Assembly: GCA_964626415.1 (NCBI GenBank) | Contig: CAZVFH010000003.1 | Location: 1-55,252 of the forward strand | DNA from: an uncultured Candidatus Saccharibacteria bacterium | GTDB lineage: Bacteria; Patescibacteriota; UBA1384; XYA2-FULL-43-10; CAINNR01 | Length of the DNA: 55,252 nucleotides | Direction of reading: 5' to 3' | Part shown: in pieces, positions 51,788 to 55,252 of the stretch | Position numbering within the stretch: the stretch's first letter is position 1 | Layout of the letters: each line of letters opens with the position of its first letter | The notes under the pieces: model-generated | Database searches by the model: none | The model's input: the letters and a program-made list of their open reading frames with translations, nothing else | What the model was told of the DNA's origin: nothing | Translations under genes and position numbers: made by a program

Positions 51788-53347
51788 TCAAACAAATTTA
51801 GTTCTTACTTCTTTTTTCTTTAGAACTATTAGATAAATTATCGCCGTCAGCAGCACTCCGCCGAGAATTAAGAGTATCCACCAGTAATTGATAATTATAT
51901 TTCGCAACAAATTAGCCGTGACCTCATTCGAGAATTCGGAGAGATTGCTACTTTTGTCATAGGCGCGGGCGGCGAAATAATAGTTACCGCCAGGAAGTAA
52001 ATTTTTCACCCGTATAGTGTTTGCCGTGCCGTTGTCAATTGCATAATAATAGTCACCACTTTTTTCGCCGTAGTAAATTAAATAGCCGGCTAAATCTTCA
52101 TCGGTCACTTTATCCCATTGCAAATCAACATAGGTCTGGGTTAGTCCGGTGAGCCAAAGTTTGATGATATTTAAATTAAATGGCTTTTTCGGCGGAGTCG
52201 TATCTTTAACCACTGACGTCGCTGTTGCCGCTTTCGGTTTGGCTTTCGGCTGGCCGTCGGTTGTTGTGCCGGTTCCGGGATCAGTAATTCCGCCGCCATC
52301 ATCAGTAGTCACGGAATAATACTCTTTAAAATGAAAATCAAGGTCATTTTCGGGGAAGCCGGCGACTATAGCGTGGCCGCGGGGATAACCATTGCTTATC
52401 CCGGTTTCACCGGCTCGCCATTTTGGCCCGGCGGCGCCAAGAATATTGATCTGAATTTTGTACTCGGCTTCCGGCGTAACCGAAATCGTCGAATCGAGAG
52501 TAAAACTGTTCCAGCCCTCAGAAATTGCTTGGGTTTTCTGTGCCAAGAGAGAACCACTGCCGGTATAGATCCAAAGTGTTGCTTCCTCTGGATTGACATT
52601 TTCTAAATCAACATCAACTCGACAGATTGTATCTTTCGCCGGCATAAATGTCTGACCGGTGTCATTAGTAGTTCTTAACGGCTCCGAAGTAATTTTTGTC
52701 GCCGGCGCGTATTGTTGATCAATGTCATTGCAAGTTGTTGCGGCCTGAGCTTTTTCTGTCCCGAAAAATGCTGCTTCTTGATTTGTAATAAATTTAAAAC
52801 CATCAAGAATTTTATCATAAGTCGCTTTTGATTCTTCGTAGGCGGTGACGGTTGAAGGCGAAAAATCAATTCGATAAATTTTGCCGTCAAAAAGAGTAAG
52901 AGTTGAAATTACTGTTTTGCTGACATTTTCTAAATTAGTCAAACGAACTGCCGGAGTGTCAGAGAGCGTTGCACTTTTGGTCGAATAATTTTGACCTTCC
53001 AGCTCTTTTACCGCAGCGCAATCTTTTATTGCCTTGCAATCTTTATCTTCTGAAACGATGAGATCAAAAATTGTGTTGTTTGCCGGTTTTGTCTCCGGCT
53101 TTTCAAAATTCGCCAAACGCAGTTTTGCCGGCAAAGTTGAGCCGTCTTCGCCAAAAAGAAGATAAAGATTTTTGGGATAACTCAATTTATACTTGTAAAT
53201 CTGGCTGGCGAAAACTTTCTCTCCTTGCCCAATCGCCGCCTTTTTCTCACTGGCGCGATTTTGCCACCAGAAGTAACCTAAAACAATAGCAGCCAGAACA
53301 AATAAAGTTGCCAAAATCGAAATCAGCACAAGCAAAAACTTTTTCAC
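51788..53347 (-). CDS. bitopic envelope protein with an FN3 domain and a C-terminal TM anchor
   Basis: The preferred start is GTG at 53347 (AAAGGAG SD, 4-nt spacer), just after the upstream stop. N-terminal TM segment. FN3-like region VDLQWDKVTDEDLAGYLIYYG...YYFAARAYDKSSNLSEFS. C-terminal TM segment followed by KKKEVR. Confidence 0.65.
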   Translation of the reverse strand: MKKFLLVLISILATLFVLAAIVLGYFWWQNRASEKKAAIGQGEKVFASQIYKYKLSYPKNLYLLFGEDGSTLPAKLRLANFEKPETKPANNTIFDLIVSEDKDCKAIKDCAAVKELEGQNYSTKSATLSDTPAVRLTNLENVSKTVISTLTLFDGKIYRIDFSPSTVTAYEESKATYDKILDGFKFITNQEAAFFGTEKAQAATTCNDIDQQYAPATKITSEPLRTTNDTGQTFMPAKDTICRVDVDLENVNPEEATLWIYTGSGSLLAQKTQAISEGWNSFTLDSTISVTPEAEYKIQINILGAAGPKWRAGETGISNGYPRGHAIVAGFPENDLDFHFKEYYSVTTDDGGGITDPGTGTTTDGQPKAKPKAATATSVVKDTTPPKKPFNLNIIKLWLTGLTQTYVDLQWDKVTDEDLAGYLIYYGEKSGDYYYAIDNGTANTIRVKNLLPGGNYYFAARAYDKSSNLSEFSNEVTANLLRNIIINYWWILLILGGVLLTAIIYLIVLKKKEVRTKFV

Positions 53348-53357
53348 TTTACTCCTT

Positions 53358-53957
53358 TCATTTAGTTTTTTGAAATGAGCGGACAAACTCTTTGAAGATT
53401 TCTTTTATGCCGGAGGCGGTCGGAAAATCGCTGACAATTCGGTAGTTGCTGTCCTTGCCGTTTTTATCGGGAGCCGTTAGATCAACTTGTCCGCAGGTTT
53501 GCCCGACATCTAAATAATTGAAAAAATCAATATATATTTCTGATTCGGCGTAAAGCGGGTCTCTGGTTTTGGAGACATCGGGGATTTCCATGCAGAATTT
53601 TTGCCGCATATTAATGTAAATAGTGGCGTCGCCGGCATTATTTTTCAAGACAATCGTTGGTGTGGTGGCTTTTTCTCCAGCCGCCGTTTCGTAGTAATAA
53701 TTTTCCGTTATCTTCCAATCTGGAGGATATTGAAAAGAAAAACTGGAGTCAGGATCGTTATATTTTTGAATTGAAGTCGAGGCATCAGAAGTGGTATCAG
53801 TTGGTTGGTCAGTTGATTGGCTTGAATCAGAGTCCTTGTCTTTGCCGTGGAATAGTCGAGACAGGGGCTTGCGATAAACATAGCCCAAAATCGCCATTAA
53901 GAAAAGAAGAAAAGCAACTAACAAAATAATTAAAATGCCGGTCATTCCTTTTTTCAT
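53358..53957 (-). CDS. N-terminally anchored hypothetical protein (199 aa)
   Basis: N-terminal TM segment, a Ser/Asp/Thr-rich linker, then a globular domain. Confidence 0.55.
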   Translation of the reverse strand: MKKGMTGILIILLVAFLLFLMAILGYVYRKPLSRLFHGKDKDSDSSQSTDQPTDTTSDASTSIQKYNDPDSSFSFQYPPDWKITENYYYETAAGEKATTPTIVLKNNAGDATIYINMRQKFCMEIPDVSKTRDPLYAESEIYIDFFNYLDVGQTCGQVDLTAPDKNGKDSNYRIVSDFPTASGIKEIFKEFVRSFQKTK

Positions 53958-53966
53958 TTTTTCTTT

Positions 53967-54449
53967 CTATTGGTTACCTTTTTCCAACTCTGGTAATTTA
54001 AGACAATCAGTTTTTTCCTTGGTTGTTTCCGAATAGTCGCTACAGCAACTAACATCTTCACGCGTTCCTTCGCCCGGACGGCACCAAGGCCGGCTGGAAG
54101 GACAGGCCAAAGTCAGATTTCCTGATGATTTTTCAACAATTTGCTGCGGCCAGACATAATTGCAGTCATACTTTGCATCCGAGCTTTGACTTTCCCCACT
54201 TGATTCTGATTTTGTCGAATTTGCCGCTTTTTGTTTGATTTCAAAAGTCGGATCATACTTTGTGATTTCGGTGCACTTTGCTTTGCAAACGGGAATACTG
54301 CTTTCAAGAAGCATCAATTCCTCGCAGGTATTGGCGCATCTGGCATACTTTTGTTTTTTAGTAATGCCCCAAAATTTCCAGTAAATTAAAAATCCCAACA
54401 ACAAAAACACCCCCAGTATTACCAAGAGAACAATCAGCCATTTTGGCAT
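53967..54449 (-). CDS. N-terminally anchored Cys-rich hypothetical protein (160 aa)
   Basis: N-terminal TM segment and 12 Cys residues in the ectodomain. Confidence 0.55.
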   Translation of the reverse strand: MPKWLIVLLVILGVFLLLGFLIYWKFWGITKKQKYARCANTCEELMLLESSIPVCKAKCTEITKYDPTFEIKQKAANSTKSESSGESQSSDAKYDCNYVWPQQIVEKSSGNLTLACPSSRPWCRPGEGTREDVSCCSDYSETTKEKTDCLKLPELEKGNQ

Positions 54450-54461
54450 AATCCCTCCTTA

Positions 54462-55007
54462 TTATTTTAGTGCGTTTTGGATTCCCGAAACGATCTCTTT
54501 CCAAACCCTCATTACTCGAGTGTCTGGATCAATTCCGGTTTCATACCATGCCCAGTTAATTGTCGAAACAAAAGAAATGTCACCGGTGGCTTCAGCTTTG
54601 CTTTTTCCTGTTTGAAATTCAGCATCAGTCCAGCCGGTAAATCCGTTGTGTGTTTCGATTACTGTATTTAAAAATTTGAAAAATTCATTATAGGCAAGTG
54701 CTTTTGCTTTGCCGGCTTTTAGGGCGGCATTTTCCGCCGTCAGTGAACTTTTATCCTTTGTTAATTGGGCATTTTCAGCAGAAAGAGCTGCCTTGTCTTT
54801 AGAGGTTTGTGAACCGGTTTCTTCGAGCAATTTTGCCTGTTTTGACAAATCATCCGTCAATTGGGCAATTTTTTCATCTTTACTGGCAATAATTTTTTCT
54901 TTCCAGCCATTAATGGTAAAAAAATAGTAACTACCGATGGCAATTACTAACATCAAAACGGAAAAAATAACCCAAAATACAATCCGGAATTTTTTAACCG
55001 GGTCCAT
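54462..55007 (-). CDS. N-terminally anchored coiled-coil protein
   Basis: ATG at 55007 is preceded by AAGGAGG with a 4-nt spacer. N-terminal TM segment, then heptad-like KDKAALSAENAQLTKDKSSLTAENAALKAGKAKA. Confidence 0.6.
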   Translation of the reverse strand: MDPVKKFRIVFWVIFSVLMLVIAIGSYYFFTINGWKEKIIASKDEKIAQLTDDLSKQAKLLEETGSQTSKDKAALSAENAQLTKDKSSLTAENAALKAGKAKALAYNEFFKFLNTVIETHNGFTGWTDAEFQTGKSKAEATGDISFVSTINWAWYETGIDPDTRVMRVWKEIVSGIQNALK

Positions 55008-55040
55008 AAAACCTCCTTTTTTATATATAGTTGACAAGAA

Positions 55041-55242
55041 AATAATATTATTTACCTTAGAAACTGTTTAATAACTACATCTGATAGCTAGAAACGATTC
55101 ATTTTGGCTGCAAAATGAAAATTTCTCGTCAAAGTAACACAAGTTACTTTTCCTCAAAAGTTTTCATTTTTCGCTCAAAATGCTCTCGTTTCTATCTTCA
55201 AGAGCAGTTATTAAACAGTTTCTTAGTTATTAATATTATAAC
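55041..55242. repeat. ~200-nt imperfect palindrome (arms ~98 nt, loop ACAA)
   Basis: The outer 20 nt are near perfect (CTTAGAAACTGTTTAATAACT / AGTTATTAAACAGTTTCTTAG), the inner 8 nt are perfect (AAAGTAAC / GTTACTTT), and the interior pairs at roughly 75%. It lies at the window edge, upstream of the minus-strand operon. Confidence 0.7.
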
Positions 55243-55252
55243 ACAAAGTAAA

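Overview
AT-rich, gene-dense bacterial window using the standard code (TGA is a stop). Its hallmarks suggest a reduced, uncultivated lineage of the CPR/Patescibacteria type; this is inference only. The hallmarks are a split Pol I without a 3'-5' exonuclease domain, Lys-rich extensions on ribosomal proteins, many small N-terminally anchored hypothetical proteins, and four-helix-bundle (23S IVS / Avd-like) genes. The housekeeping backbone is: 5'-nuclease + polA pol domain, holA, lepB, rpsT, an nrnA-like gene, rpsO-pnp, a family-4 UDG, rnj, ftsK, a rodZ-like gene, recA...recX, ppsA, tRNA-Ser(GGA), rubrerythrin and dnaG-rpoD. Two things stand out. (1) An ~18-kb cell-surface module at 27.1-45.1 kb. 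It contains a 2120-aa protein in which ~21 Kelch-like blades sit inside a LamG-like domain and are followed by FN3 domains. It also contains a MacB/FtsX-type ABC pair, a 7-TM protein, a decayed paralogue with a G9 tract, beta-helix and beta-propeller proteins that share a domain and an unusual C-terminal anchor, and a GH-A hydrolase plus a GT-C-like membrane protein. (2) An unusually dense set of short repeat and hairpin elements. One is a ~100-nt CACWGAT-heptamer module carrying a TATAAT box and a shared leader upstream of nrnA, recA, rpoD and one more gene. Others are strand-specific, G:U-rich, low-complexity intergenic hairpins and REP-like inverted pairs. Both A-rich periodic repeats and GC-rich palindromes are inserted in frame into conserved genes (5'-nuclease, polA, ppsA, dnaG, four-helix-bundle genes). 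I found no CRISPR array, rRNA, integrase, transposase or reverse transcriptase. All calls come from reading the sequence and ORF track, with no searches run. Repeat boundaries are approximate to a few nt.
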